From: Azolla caroliniana
Taxonomy: Eukaryota; Plantae; Polypodiophyta
Reading direction: 5' to 3'
Assembly: GCA_043228905.1 (NCBI GenBank)
Contig: JBHGNT010000008.1
Coordinates: forward strand, 8,432,001-8,496,000
Length of the DNA stretch: 64,000 nt
In this document: piece by piece, positions 44,401 through 58,594 of the stretch
How positions within the stretch are numbered: position 1 is the stretch's first letter
Layout: the number at the start of each line of letters is the position of its first letter
Position numbers and translations under genes: made by a program
Notes under the pieces: generated by a model
Seen by the model: only the letters and a program-made list of their open reading frames with translations
What the model was told of the DNA's origin: nothing
Database searches by the model: none

Positions 44401-47400
44401 TCCTTCGGCGTCTTGGTTTCGCGAATGTAGCCGAGCATGTGATTGTGAACACATGTCACCAAGCAATACATCACGCGGCTGGTGGCTTGCTCCCATGTCG
44501 CGTATCTGGGAGCCGTTTCGATGGGTCGGTGTTTGTGAGCTCCTTTGATGTAGCTCCAAATGCCTTGTCTGACAAGGTATTGGTGCATCTTGTACTCCCA
44601 AGATGCGAAGTTGTTTCGATCCAACTTCTCGGTAGGGAGAGCGCTCCCCATTTGAGTATTCATTATGTAGATTCTTCTTCTTCTTCTTCTTCTTCTTCTT
44701 CTCTCTTCGAATGCGAGCTATGTAGCAAAGCTACGATAGCAATGAGCCAGTTCTTGGTCGTCGGTGTAGGACACAACGCACATGGATGGGCTAGATCGAG
44801 CTACCAAGTCGCTCTGATACCATGTAAAGAATCAAGAGACGGATTCTGTGCAGCGGAATAGATATGGACTGTGTGTGTATGAGAGAGAGAGAGAGAGTGT
44901 GAGAGAGACAAGGAGTAAGACACAGAGAATACGCAAGGTAAAGTATATTAACAAAGGAGAAAGACTCAACACGATACAAGGTGGGAGGAGGGTGCTTTAT
45001 ATAGTCACCCTCTCTCTTCATTAACTACAAGACTCATAGAGCATGGGGAATGTGAAAGCTCATAAGTTATGTGTCATAGAATATGATTCTATGACACATA
45101 ACTACAAGACTCATAGAGCATGGGGAATGTGAAAGCTCATAAGTTATGTGTCATAGAATATGATTCTATGACTCATACTAAATGCTAGAATACAAAGTGG
45201 TGACTCTTGACCGTTGGAGTGTCTATTCACTCTCAAGGTGAGTTCACACACTAGACCAAGTTGAGCTTGATTCTCAACAAATCCAAATGCATCCCACGTG
45301 TTACCCGACAGATGCATCACGAGTTGGGTTAGTGGGCACCTTATTGACTGGCATAGTGTTGTCATAGTTTGCTCCATTACTAGAGACAAATTCTCCTCTA
45401 CTGCATAATGTCGAGGAGTTTGTCAAAGAATTGAAGGCTTGCTTCGGAGATACAGATGGGGCAAGAACGACTATCAACAAGATTCGTACACTACGTCAAG
45501 GTGATCAACTAGCCTCAACATATGCAGCTAATTTTCGTCTCATCACAAGCGATATTCCTTGGGATGAACAAGCCCTAATGGAGCAATTTTGTTCCGGTCT
45601 TCGTAGTGATGTGAAGCACTTACTTGTTACCTTCCCCGAGGATCCAAAATCACTTACAGAAGCTATTAGTCGAGCAATACGGTGTGATAATCGTCTTTTT
45701 GAGCGTCGATGTGAGCGACAACAACAAATAAAAAGATCAAGATACACACCAACTTATGCATTAGTAACAACGCAATCGTCTCCAAGGCAAACATATAGCC
45801 CTGCTCCAATCCCAAGGCAAACACGTAGCCCAACCCCAATGGATAGGCCGACACCCATGGAGATCGATATGACCCAACGTCGAGGACTATTGTCGAATGA
45901 AGAGAAGCAATGACGCCGAGCAAACCGTTTGTGCTTATATTGCGGAGGTCTAGGACATATAACCATTCAATGCTCCCGTAGGCCGAGACGTCAGGTAAAT
46001 CAAATTCACTATGACAATAAAAATGAGTCCAACATTTTAGAAGCACTAAGTGATTCTAATATTATGAATAATCCACCCTTGTCCAATAAGTTTGAAGTCC
46101 TAAGCCAATTAGAAGAGGAGTCAAACGAATAAGTCCGGCCAAAATAGGAGCCATTTGGTTGGACAACATTAGCTATGTACAACCTAGTGTAGGTTCCATT
46201 TCATCCAAGCATGTTAGTAGAGTCTTCTCAGCCCAAGTACAAGTTAGGACACCAAGTTTCCAACTTAAGATCCAAACCCTCTTAGATACCAGAGCCAATT
46301 CTTGTTTCATGGATAGAGATTTTGCCCAAAAACATCAAATATCCTTGCACACACTTCCTTGCCCAGTTTCCATAGTAGTGATTGATGGACGTCCCATAGC
46401 TTCCGGGAAGATATTCGAAGAGTCAAACCCAATACACATACTCTTAGGTGATTTAGGATGTGTAGTTTCCTTTAATATAATCCGTAGCCCCGAGTATCCA
46501 ATTGTCCTTGGTTTGCCATGGTTCGAGCTACATAGCCCACAAATAGATTGGAGGAGGTGAGAAATTTGGTGCCCTTCTGCAGAAAACATCATTGCTAAGG
46601 ATCGAACCCAAGAGTATTCCCTTAAAGAATATAGTTCTACCAGTGCACCATCTCCTTTTTACCAAATCTCAACCATCACATTGCAACAATTGTTCCACGT
46701 GGGAGGAAAGGAGGAACTTTTCTTATTTGGAATATTAGTGACACCTTCTACTACGACTCAAGGGAATCCAGACGTCCAAATTCCCGAAAAATATCAAGAA
46801 TATGTTGATGTTTTCGACAAAGTCAAAGCTAGTGTACTTCCAAAGCATCGACCATACGATTGTCCCATTGACCTCCAAGAAGGAAAAGAGCCACCGTGGG
46901 GTCTGATCTACAATCTATCGCCAACTGAGCTTGAGGTTCTTCGAGAATACATTGAGGAGAATCTTGCACATGGGTTTATTCGACATTCAAAATCTCCAGC
47001 CGGTGCTCCTATATTTTTTGTGAAGAAAAAGGATGGATCACTTCGTTTGGTCGTGGACTATCGGGGATTAAATAAAGTCACCATAAGAAATAGGTATGCT
47101 CTTCCTTTAATCTCCAGTATTTTAGAGCGCATTGGTGGGGCAAAACAAAGATTGATTTAAGGGGTGCATATAATGTTGTTTGCATTCGACCAGGAGATCA
47201 GTGGAAAACGGCATTTCGCACTCGGTATGGTCATTTCGAGTATACAGTCATGCCTTTCGGGCTCACAAATGCACCCACAGTTTTCCAACATATGGCAAAT
47301 GATATTTTCCGGGATTTTCTAGATATCTTTCTCATAATCTATTTAGATGATCTGTTGATTTACTCTAAAACACAGGAGGAGCATGATATACATGTCCAGA

Positions 47401-50400
47401 AAGTACTTGAATGCTTAAGAAAGTATGGTCTGTATGCCAAACTTGAGAAGTGCAGTTTTGGCAGCGAACAAGTCGAATTCTTGGGTTATACTATTTCATC
47501 TAAGGGTATCTTCATGGATCTAGCAAAAGTCAAAAAAATATTGGAATGGCAACCCCCACGTTTTGTTCGAGACGTCCAATGTTTCCTCAGATTTGCTAAC
47601 TTCTATTGCAAATTCATATGAAATTATTCAAAGATCGTGTTGCCTCTCACCCAACTGACCAAGAAGAATCAAGCGTTTGTTTGGACTATTGAAGTGGACA
47701 CAACCTTTGCTCAACTCAAAGAGGCATTCACATAAGCTCCTATATTAGCACATATTGATCCCGAAAAGCCATTTACCATTGAAGCGGATGAGTCAGACTT
47801 TGCATTGGGGAGTATCCTATCCCAACCAGGCAACGACGGGCACTCTCATCCAGTCGCGTTTCACTCGAGAAAATTTACTGTTGCGGAGATAAACTATGAG
47901 GTGCATGACAAGGAGTTACTAGGTGTGGTTGACTCGTTCGAGCAATGGCGACATTTCTTGGAAGGATCATCTTATCAAATAATCATTTATAGTGATCACA
48001 AAAACCTTACGTATTTTTAAACGACTCGAGTGTTAAATAAGAGACAAGCTCGGTGGGCACAATTTCTAACTCGTTTTGATTTCAAGATCGTTTGCCGCCC
48101 CGAGAAGTAACAAGGGAAGCCAAATGCTCTATCTCAACATTCATATCTCGCACCTCGACCTGGAGATCTGGCCTTCGACAACCAAAAGCAAATTCTACTA
48201 GCACCATCAAAGCTACAAGCAACAATAGTTTATGCGACGCCGCTTGATTCACGCCTTGTTGATACTATTCGGCAACAACTCCACTCTGATGATTTTGCAT
48301 TAGAACAAGCCATACATCTTGCTCCACATTGCAAGATTCATCTCAACATTATCAGGAATTCAAGTGGCAAGATGGCTTACTCTTTTACAAGAATCTCCTT
48401 TACGTCCATGATGGATCACCCCGCTTTCAAGTATTACAATATTGTCATGATGCCCCTATGGCAGGACATTTTGGTATTGCCAAGACCATGGAGTTGGTGA
48501 AGTGCTCATTTTGGTGGCCTCATTTGCAAAAATTTGTCGAAGATTATGTTCGTACATGTGACACCTGTTGTCAAGGCAAAATACCCAGGTATCATCCTTA
48601 TGGCTTGTTACAACCATTACCGCCTCCAACCAAGCCATGACAGTCTATTTCTATGGATTTCATTACGGATCTGCCACCTTCCAAAGGATTTGATACCATT
48701 TTAACAATAGTGGATCGGTGTAACAAGATGGCACATTTTTTACCATGTGTATAGAGTATCAATAATCAGGAAATAGCAGATATTGTTATGCGTGAAGTAT
48801 TTTGCCATCATGGTCTTCCAGACGATATAATTACTGATCGTGGTCCTCAATTTATCTCTCACTTTTGGAAGCACCTATGGACAGGCCTCAAAATCTCATG
48901 CAAACTCTCTTCGGCTTATCATCCACAAACAGACAGACAAATAGAGCGCACAAATCAAACACTCGAGCAATATCTTCGATGCTTCATCAGTTATCAACAA
49001 GATGATTGGAGCGATATTCTACATCTTGTTGAGTTTGCATACAATAACATGGTACACTCTTCTACCAAGGTTACACCTTTCTTTGCCTACACCAGTAACC
49101 ATCCTCGATGGTGTATCTTGGATCTTCCCAAGGTCGCACGCAACCCTAGTGTTGAGCATCATCTTCATTGACTACATCGAATCCAGTTAGCGTTACCTTC
49201 ACATCTTTAGACAACTCAACCACAACATAAGACCAATGTCGATCTCCATCTTCTTAAGTCTCCTTTTAAGGTTGGTGACAAAGTATGGTTGCCTCATCGT
49301 CACATCAAGACTACCCGGCCATGTGAGAAGCTCGATTATCAACGCTTAGGTCCTTTCCTCATCACTGTGCGTATTAACGATGCCACCTTTCGTCTTAATC
49401 TTCTAGCACACATGAGGCTTCACCCAGTCTTTCATTGCTCTATTTTGGAACCTTGTCGAACCTCTTCTATTCCTAATCGTGTCGTGCCACCTCCGCCCTT
49501 TGTCCAACTTGTTGATGGCCCTGAATACAATGTAGCTACTATTCTTGATTCGAAGATTATGCGGAATAAGCTCCATTATCTGGTTGATGGGGTTGGCTAT
49601 CCTTTGAGTGATCGCACTTGGGAACCTGTCAATAATGTTTCTAATGCTCAAGCTTTTGTCAAAGACTTGCATCGTCGTTATCCAAACAAACCGGGCCCTA
49701 CATTGTTAACGATGACTTTTAACTCGAAGGGGAGATACTGTCATGAATACATAAGCATCATGGCTTCACTTGGGGTTGAACCGAAGACCTTGTAATACAT
49801 AATCAAGAACCTAACCATTAGGATAGCATATGATTATATAAAATAATAAAAGCTACTTCTTGTAATAGATTGATTATTGTAAATGTACTGAAACATTCTA
49901 GAACATTCTAGAATATCCTAGAAAATCTTAGAATATTCTAGGTCTAGAACATTTTAGAACATTATAGAAATCACTAGGCTATTCTATAGGAACCTAAAAA
50001 TATGGACCTACAATTCTTCTCAAAAAAATTCGAATCAACACCAGTCTTAAGCTTTCGTCACCTTTCTTGTATCCATCTTCATTCTATCTTACTAATACAT
50101 TCATTCTTTTCTTATCACTTCATTCCTCTCTTCTTGTGATCTCTTTACATCTTTCTTCTACGACTCTATCTTTTCTCTTGGTTTTGACACTTGCATCCAA
50201 CACCATTGTGCTTACAAACTTACCGAACTGGATCCACTCCCTATCGTAGTTGTTCTTGTCAAACTCGTTTAGGGCCGGCGTGCTCCGTTTGTTCGCTGAC
50301 ATTTGAGCCGACTTGAAGAAGTCCACATCGACTTCTTCGTCCTCCGATACCATGCCGTTTTCTTCGTTGTACGGTGCCCTCGATATCATGTCGTCCATGG

Positions 50401-51139
50401 TGTTATCTTTTCCGATGATGTGACGTATCTCCGGATTCAGGGACTTGATGTACGCGATGCACATGAGCATTGCCAAGTTCGGAGTTGCGCATCGGAAACC
50501 ATACCGACAATCGGTAGGCAGTCTGTCTTGATGATCACTTCTGACTTGATAAGATAATATTTATCGCTCTTGACCGCCGAAACGATACCCCATAGTTCGC
50601 GTTTAACTTGGGTGTATCCTCGTTGCCGCTCGCTCAACACCTTCGCACTGGTGGGGAACCGCGTTCCAACTTCATCCTCTTGATTGATGACCCAACCAAT
50701 TCCGGTTGGACTTGTGTCGACTGTCACGTAAACTGGGGTGTCCGCCTTGTACACCGCTTTTCGGAGAGCCGGGGCTACCGCCGTCATCCCCTTCAGTCTC
50801 TAGACTGCTTCCGTGTGCTCGTCGCTCCATTCGAATTTGCGGCCTTTCTTCAGCAAGCCATGGAATGGCTCAACAACATGCACATAGTGCAGAATCCAAA
50901 TGTGGTAGAAGGTGCACACTCCTAGGCCACACACCTTCAAACGCCTTTCGACTTGTTTCTTCTCCCAACCACCGATGCCGGCTATGGTACAACCTCCACT
51001 ATTGGAGAACCAAAATTTCCAACCTATAGTACAGGTGTGGGGTTTCTTCCGGATGTCCGGACTATCGCGGCCCCATGCCTTGATAGGCCTCTCTAAAAAT
51101 CCTCTCGGTCTTCGTTGCCAAGGGAATCTCGATTCTGCT

Positions 51140-53339
51140 TGTCATGATATGGCAAGACTCGAACCCATGACCTTAGGTTATATGGGTCGAGCTCTTGACC
51201 ATTAGACCATCTATTGTAATACGTAGGATATTATTTTCATTTACATTTTATTATAGGAAATTAGTGTATATTCCAGATTTCTTTGGAACATTCTAGAAGC
51301 TTCAAGATTACTCCTGAAAACACTATAAAAGAGGGCACTAGGCATTATGTTGAACCAAATTGGTTCAACGCCAGTCTTAAGCCTTTTAGCCACCATTGTA
51401 TATTCTCTTCATATAATACATATCTTTCTTATCATCACACACACACTCTCTCTCGATCTCTCTCTTTCTCTCTGTCTTGCTCACTTCTTCCTTCTCTCGA
51501 AGAAGTTCCACACCTCTCATAGTACTAATCCTTCGTTTAGTACTAATTCCTTCTCTGTCTCAGTACTGTTCATGACAGTTTGAACCAATTTTCCCTACCT
51601 TCTGTCTCTCTCATTTCCTACTAATCTTTTATTCCTCTTTTCTTTCATCCCATGGCCACTGTTAGCGTTGAAGAATATCAATCTGTTTTCTCGGAATTTC
51701 AATGCTTGAAGGAGAAGTTCCATGATTTGGAACAAGAAAACCAACGGTTGCTGGGGGATCTTCAGCAAATCTCCTTAGAAAAGCAGCAAACGCAACAACA
51801 GCATGGGGAACTTGCGTTACGCGTGCAACAACTCGAAGCCACCATCGTAGCGATGCAACAACAAGGGCCCGGAACACAAGGGATTCATAAAGAACCTAAG
51901 ATTGGCCTTCCCACGAAGTTCGATGGAACGCGATCGCAGTTTAGAGGGTTCCTTAACCAGGTATGATTAGTTATTCAAATGCATCCTTCCCGATATCCCA
52001 CCGATGCATCACGAGTGGGTTTAGTAGGCACTTTGTTAAGTGGCTCAACGTTGTCATGGTTCGCTCCACTATTAGAAAAGGAATCTCCGTTACTCAACAA
52101 TTTTGAAGAGTTTCTAGGTTAGTTTAAAGCATGTTTCGGAGATACTGACAGCATCAGGACCGCAATCAACAAAATCCGGCGATTACGCCAAGGTGACCGT
52201 CCAGCCTCCGCATACGCTGCAGATTTTCGCCTACTCGCCGCCGATATCCCTTGGGATGATCAAGCGTTGATGGAGCAATTCCGTTATGGTTTACGCAACG
52301 ACGTCAAGGATTTACTCTTGACCTTCCCCGAAGAGCCAAAGTCCTTAACAGAAGCAATCAGTCGCGCGGTGAGATGTGACAACCGCCTCTTTGAGCGACG
52401 TTCGGAACGACAGCTACAGATGCCGAGGGCAAGATCAGAGCCCACCTACGCCTCAGTGGTAGCAAGACCTTTTACGAGGGAGTCATATAATGCGCCTCCA
52501 ACGAATACTCCGACTCCGATGGAGATTGACACTACACGTCGTCGAGGGCCATTATCCGAAGAAGAAAAACAACGACACCGTACAAATCGACTATGTCTTT
52601 ATTGCGGTGGACCAGGACATATCGCAATAAATTGCCCCCATAGGCCAAGAAGACAGGTAAACCAAATAGTCGCTAGTTCTAATTGTACTAAATCCGAGCC
52701 TATTTCAGTAGGGATATCTGATAGTCATAATAGTACTAATATCCCAGATCTAGAAAACAAATTTGATGTCCTTAGTCAGTTAGAAGAAGAGTTAAACGCT
52801 TAAGTCCAGCCAAAATAGGAGCCGTTTGGTTGGAGAGCCCTAGATCTGTGCAACCCATTAGTGGTTCCATTCCCTCTAAGCAAGTTAGTGATGTGTTCGT
52901 AGCCCAAGTAATAGTTAGTACTAAAAGTACCCCTCCAGTACATGTCCTAGCACTCCTAGATTCCGGAGCTAACTCTTGCTTTATGGATAAGAAATTTGCT
53001 CAAGCTCATAAGATATCCCTAAGAAAACTCCAGTGTCCAGCCTCTGTAGTAGTCATTGATGGACGTCCCATTGCTTCCGGAAATATCATAGAAGAGTCAG
53101 AGCCCATTAATATTGTCCTAGATAACTTAGCATGTGTAGTATCATTTAATATTATTAGTATCCCAGAACATCCTATAGTTTTAGGACTACCGTGGTTCGA
53201 GTTACATAACCCAGACATAGATTGGAGAACAAGAGAAATCCGGTGTCGACAAACCCAAGGGTCAACTCAGAAGATGGCAACCATTTCGCTACGTCAGTTG
53301 CGTAAAGAAGGGCACAAGGAGGAAATGTTCCTCTTTGCA
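51140..53339 (+). mobile_element. Gypsy chromovirus G3 (diverged Tcn1-like family), 3'-truncated after the protease
   Basis: LTR at 51140-51577 (TGTCATG...CATGACA). Gag 51652-52803 with stops, protease LLDSGA. Joined directly to N1 gag at ~53340. Confidence 0.9.
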
Positions 53340-55888
53340 AGGATTCGTTCCTCCAAGACCTTCTGTAGGTCCGTCGCCCTCTCTATCTCCAAGCTCAACC
53401 AGAAGCTCGACAACTTTGTCTTCTCCTGTGAGTTGTCTTGCTCTCCATCATTCTTCTTCGGCCCACTCCGTGTCTCATACCGATTCAAGGGACCGGCCCC
53501 TTTGGCCTTTCCGAGCCGCTTGTCTTCAACTGGAACCTCGTAGTTTTGGCATGCAACTTCCTCGAAGCTAGTTTTCTCTTCCACCGGATTGTTCCATCCG
53601 ATGCCCTCTTGGAATCGCCTCTCCGTGTGGTCCACCTCTTCCTTCCTTGCCCTCACCCCGGATAGGCCCTCAAGTACTAGTGGCCAAAATCCATCGTCCA
53701 TTCTGGGGCCGGTGCCCTTCTCTCCGCCTACTCAAATTACTGGCCATGCCGAGTAGTGGACGGTCTCCCCGTGCCACGCCGCAGCCTCCTCCATCAACCC
53801 CTTCATACCACCCTGCCGATGTTCAGCTTGAGGGGCCTCCGCGTCTCACTCGCGTGCACCCGTCCGTTCCACAAGTACACCACGCTGTTCTTAAGGGTGT
53901 CGGTGAAGTCAATGTAGTCTCTCCGCATGTGGCCGATGCCATCACACCACATGCACCTGTGGTTGATTGGTGGCGCCAATGGCGTGATTGGCTGCCGCCT
54001 TCCCTCTGAGCCTGGGAAATCTGGAGGTTTTGAACCATCTTCGTTAGCTCGTGTAGGGTTGCATCCCTGACTGGTCCAGTGACCAGGTTGGACGGATCCA
54101 AGCCCGACTTGAGCCACCGTCTTGTCTCTTCTGTCCGTGCTGGAATCAGACTCTCTAGCTTCTTCCTAGCACCCAGGCTAGTCGTCGACAACCCCAAGTT
54201 GTTCCATTCTCGCCGTTTGTTGAAACGGCTACAAACCCTTGTTACCATGGCCGAATCGGCCATGAGCCCTTCACTTGTCTCCAATAGGAGACCTACCTTT
54301 TCTCGGTCAAGTGGATCGACCGACTTGATAAACAATAGGACCTTGTTCCTCGAGGACGGTCTGGTCCAACGCCGACTACTGTTTCCACGACCCTATTGAG
54401 GCTATTGGTGCTCTCACGAGCGTTAACCGGGCGGTCGAAAACCATCGCCATTGCTTCTGTGAGTTCACTTCCCCTCATTCTTGAACTCCTCTGCCGCCCC
54501 TTTTCACTTCGGGTACACCAAATGTGTCACGGATTTCCACGTGGATATGTCGGAACGGGGCGGAACCACCGGGGTCTCAGACCAAGGAGCCGCTAAGGGA
54601 AGAAGTGTTAATCGGACTGGTGTCTAGTTATCTCCCACTGGAGCGTTGCTCCGGAGTCGGTAAGGAAAAGAGATTGTCTGGATTGGATTTCGAGGCCGGA
54701 TCGACACGCGTTATCAATATCCTATTCGGTCCGGATAAGTCTTCGGATGCCTGACGGCGAGCACACGGGCTGAACACGTTATCGGTTCCGGAGCTCTGCC
54801 GGACAACGGGTAATGAGCACATGGGCTCACACATTGAACACCCACACTCAAACACGAATAGAACAGAGATGAGTTCGCAAGCTCTGACGAGACAAACTCA
54901 TGACAAAACAGAAACGAGATAGAATTACTGGGCACAAGCAGAGACTCCGTAAACACTAATAATTAATAGAGGAAAATAGAAGATTACAACCGGACATGAC
55001 CGGAAACACAAAGCTTCGAGCTCCTGACACTCACACACACAGACGCTAGCGAGCCTCCGATCGGGAGCACACAGGCTACCAATGTGAAATGGAGGCCTCG
55101 TAGCACAATCAGAAACTGAAAATAGAGAATGAAAGAACACGGAAGTCTGAAGAGCTCGGTTGGATAACACATCATTCTCCAATATGTGGATCCATCGCTC
55201 AGTTTTCTCTTCCTCCTTTTATAGCTCAAGGAGGGAGCACTCGTTACATTAGGCTGTTAAGATAGCCGCTTTCAATCCCCGATTCTCTCCTCGATCTCCT
55301 CCAATCAATCACCTTTATCCACGTGACCATAAAGTACCTATCAAATCCTTTCAACCTAGTATTCTTTAACACTCAACTAATACTATGTTATTTACACATG
55401 TATGTACATAAAGAAAATTTTGTGTGCATCCGTGCATACCCCCGTTCTCGTCCGTCCAACTCTGTTTTCTTCCTATGGCCAGAATCATTCATGACAACGG
55501 GTCATGGAGTGTGGACAAGAAAGCGAGTAGCTAGAAGGATTTGGAGCGGTGGACCAGCTAGAGCTGATGAAGAACCTCAAGTTGAGCTTGAGGGGGAGTG
55601 TTGAGAGACAAGCTCAACATGAGTCGAACTGCTAAAGGCTAGTAGGTCGGTTGGCTGAGGAAGCCGACAATCGAGTCGACTAATGACAGTTGGCTAAAGA
55701 AGTCAACAACTGGTCGGTTGAGGGACAAGTCGATGGGCGGTTAGGGTCTGTATTCCTATTCATAGTAATGGGAATATTTTAGGAGTTAGTATCAATAGCT
55801 CAATTATGAGCATTGAAGTACCTGTCAATACTTTTGTGGAATAGTATAAAGAGTGCTCATTGAGCACGTTTGGATGTACAAAGAATTG

Positions 55889-57185
55889 TGTTGAGAAACA
55901 AGCTCAACATGAGCCGGATTAGCTGAAGAAGTCGGGAGCCGGATCAACGGTGAATTGGATCAGTGAGGAGCTGGCAGGCCATTAGGGTCCTACGCTCCTA
56001 TTTTAGTAGATACGAATATCTTTAGGATTTAGTCTCAGATGCTCTTATGTGAGCAATAAAGTATTGATGGTACTTGTGTCAGCCCACTGTCAGGGCTTGT
56101 ATGAAAGTGCTCATTGAACACATTGTATGTATAGAGTGGTGATTATTTTGAATTGAAATTTTCTCTTCTACTCTCTTTGTCTCTCCCGCTCCTACATACT
56201 ATAAACCTATTTGTGTGTTTCCTTGGGTTCTTCTTTGCCGTTGTCCGGTGGAGTCAGTTGTATTCGATGTCTATTCGTTTAAGCTTTAACATCACTCTAT
56301 TTACATGGTATCGTAGCGCGAGGGTTGAGAATCCTCAGCTGCCAACAAAGTGCTTTAGCACAGACAAGTTTTTTAATCCCCGGACAAGTACAGACAAAGA
56401 AAAAACAAGAAAAAAAAGGATAAAAAAAGAAAAATGGACAAAAGAATGGGTGGTGCTCTTCCGATAGAGAAGTTGGACAGAAGCAACTATGCATCTTGGG
56501 AATACAAGATGCACTAGTACTTGCTACGGCATGGCTACTGGAGTTATATCCATGGAGAAAATGATGTCGCGCCAGAATTGACACACAAGTATATTCCAGC
56601 GTGGGAGCAAGTGACTAGTAGAGTCTTGTACTGCCTTGTATCCTGTGTGCATGATCAGATGTTGGGCTACATTCGAAATGCAAAGACGTCGAAGGAGGCA
56701 TGGGGAAATCTGAAGAATATTTTCGCCGTGAATACCATGGCCCGTAAGTTGCAGCTTTGTCAAGAGCTCAATAACATCTGACAAAGGGATATGACGGTGA
56801 CCGACTACATCACAAACATCAAGGAAGTTTGTGATGCCTTAGGGTCCATTAATGTGACAGTGGATGAGGACGAAATGGTATAGATTTGCCTTGGTGGTTT
56901 AGCGCAAAGGTACGAGTTGATTAGAACGACAATTTGCATGAGGGAGAAAGCACCGACCTTCTTTGAGCTTTAATCGATGCTTATGATCGAAGAAAACCAC
57001 TCAGGTGCGTCAAGGAGCACGTACTCTGACAACGAGATGTTGTACACAGAGGTGGATAGGCCAATGGTTGTGGAGAACGCAGTGGATTGGCATGCAATGG
57101 TAGCAGCTGACAAGAGTAGAATTAGAGGCATAATTGACATGCCGACAATAGTTCCAAACCCTCCACAAGCAGGGGGAATCAAGGT
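55889..57185 (+). mobile_element. Copia A3 (5' LTR, PBS and gag), inserted in the A1 3' LTR, truncated
   Basis: LTR at 55889-56305, PBS TGGTATCGTAGCG, gag remnant GGALPIEKLDRSNYASWEYKMH. Confidence 0.85.
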
Positions 57186-58594
57186 ACTATCCAATCGAAG
57201 TACACGATCAATAACTTCGTCAAATGTTTTGCCTGTAAAATCGACAACTACTAAGCTTGTACTCAAGGGCTCGCGAAGTGCCAACAGAAAGGTCTCTTTA
57301 AGCTTGTCTTAGGGGGGTGGCTGTGTTACTGGTGCCGGAGATTCTAGAAGTTAATAACGAATTATGGAACGGTATCGTGGGTGTCTTGGCCGATAGCGTA
57401 GAACTGACTCATCAGTTTGTGTTGTGGGATTTGACAATGGAACAATTAGAGGAATTTGTCCTTCAATTGTTCAAAATTTGGGAATCCTGCAAGGTTATGT
57501 TGTGAATACCGATTCGCCACTTGCTCGCCTAGGGATAAACCGTATTTAGCTATTTTCGACACATTCGCGTCGGCCTCTACTAGTGCCATTGGGACACGTG
57601 GTTGGCTTGCCACGTGGTGAGGAAGGCATGCACATAGGCCTCTACATCTACTTCATCATTGTATTTGGGGTACAGGTATGACATTGTGTTAGAGTCGTGG
57701 ATGTCGGATGGATTCCTGATAGAGTTGTCAATATGGTTGGTAGCATGGTGGATGTAGTCCCCGCTCTAATCGACCTCAAACTGATGCAGCTGGTTGTTCC
57801 GGTTTCGAACTACGTCTTCGAAAGAACTTTTGGCACCGGGTGGGCTTGTTTGGTGAGCATGGATTTGACCACACTTTTGTGGTGATCCAGTAGGGGAATG
57901 TCTAGTAGAGATTGTCCTGTGAGTACGACTTCTGCCGTGCATCGGGACTTTGCTCAAGTGTGGGGTTTTTCCTCATCTAGTTATCTCTTTGCTGCCATGT
58001 CGGCTAGATGACATCCATCCCCAGGTTGTTCTTCGTGTATGCATAGATCCACCAGGCGTGCCACAAGTGTTACCGGCTCAAGGCAACACGGGGTTGGATA
58101 CTTCTTCCCTTGGTATCCGAGTTGGATACTTCTTCCCTTGGTATCCGACTCAAGGTCTTGTGGTCGGGAAAGGTTGTATTGTCGGGCCTCTTAGTGAGTT
58201 CTGATCGCAAGTGACACATGTATGAATCGAACTATTGTGGTTGTGGAGACTATGGGGACTGCACTTGAGGCATCTACGACTGACCGGTTATGTATATGAT
58301 ACACAAAGCACGTAGGGAAAATCAACACAAGTAAAACTTCGACATAGAACATAGAGACAAAGTATCAACAAACAAATGTCTATTATAAAAAAAAACTTTA
58401 TACAACACTAATCGATTAACGTTTACAATGTATCCATGTCCCTTTTAATAGGGATCATGGGCAGTCACGAATAGAGTGTGGAATTGCTCCTAATAATAAT
58501 AACTTTTTTCCGTTTTAAGTTCGGCCTTCTTTACTGCTCGGTCGGCCCCAGCCGTCTTCTATTCGGCACGTAACCATTCCTTGGCCTTTTCACA
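57186..58594 (-). mobile_element. Fragment F of an E-related Gypsy element (putative LTR plus gag), truncated
   Basis: Minus-strand remnant YPKYNDEVDVEAYVHAFLTTWQANHVS / DEVIDRVL is homologous to 62578-63040. The putative LTR at ~58212-58594 has uncertain boundaries. Confidence 0.65.

Larger units (their letters stand above)
35696..45279 (-). mobile_element. Copia C, internally deleted, inserted in G2 gag and hosting Copia B
   Basis: LTRs at 35696-36083 and 44823-45279. Perfect AATCC TSD. PBS (reverse complement gctctgatacca) at 44811-44822. PPT at 36084. The 5' LTR has a 77-bp tandem duplication (~45022-45171). Confidence 0.94.
34441..50189 (+). mobile_element. Gypsy chromovirus G2 (Tcn1-like, same family as G1), hosting a solo LTR and Copia C
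   Basis: 5' LTR at 34441-35310 (interrupted), 3' LTR at 49739-50189. TSD GTTGC/CTTGC. Gag at 35380-35695 plus 45280-46132. Degenerate pol at ~46127-49740 with chromodomain. Confidence 0.93.
31477..55496 (-). mobile_element. Gypsy N1 (non-chromovirus, long LTRs, 4-bp TSD), hosting G2 and G3
   Basis: 3' LTR at 31477-32812, 5' LTR at 54525-55496. TSD ACGG at 31473-31476 and 55497-55500. tRNA-Trp-like PBS at ~54503-54520. PPT at 32813. Gag remnant ~54478-53340, RNase H ~50190-50800, integrase ~32900-34440. Confidence 0.85.
14858..55888 (+). mobile_element. Copia A1: degenerate outermost element split by nested insertions (pieces 14858-17706, 23435-24570, 30452-31476, 55497-55888)
   Basis: 5'-truncated LTR ends at 15187, PBS TGGTATCAAAGC at 15188. 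Gag/PR/INT/RT/RH remnants continue across each insertion (e.g. RYVS|GTKNRGLLY). PPT GAGGGGGAG at 55590-55598. The 3' LTR starts at 55599 and is cut at 55888. Confidence 0.85.
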
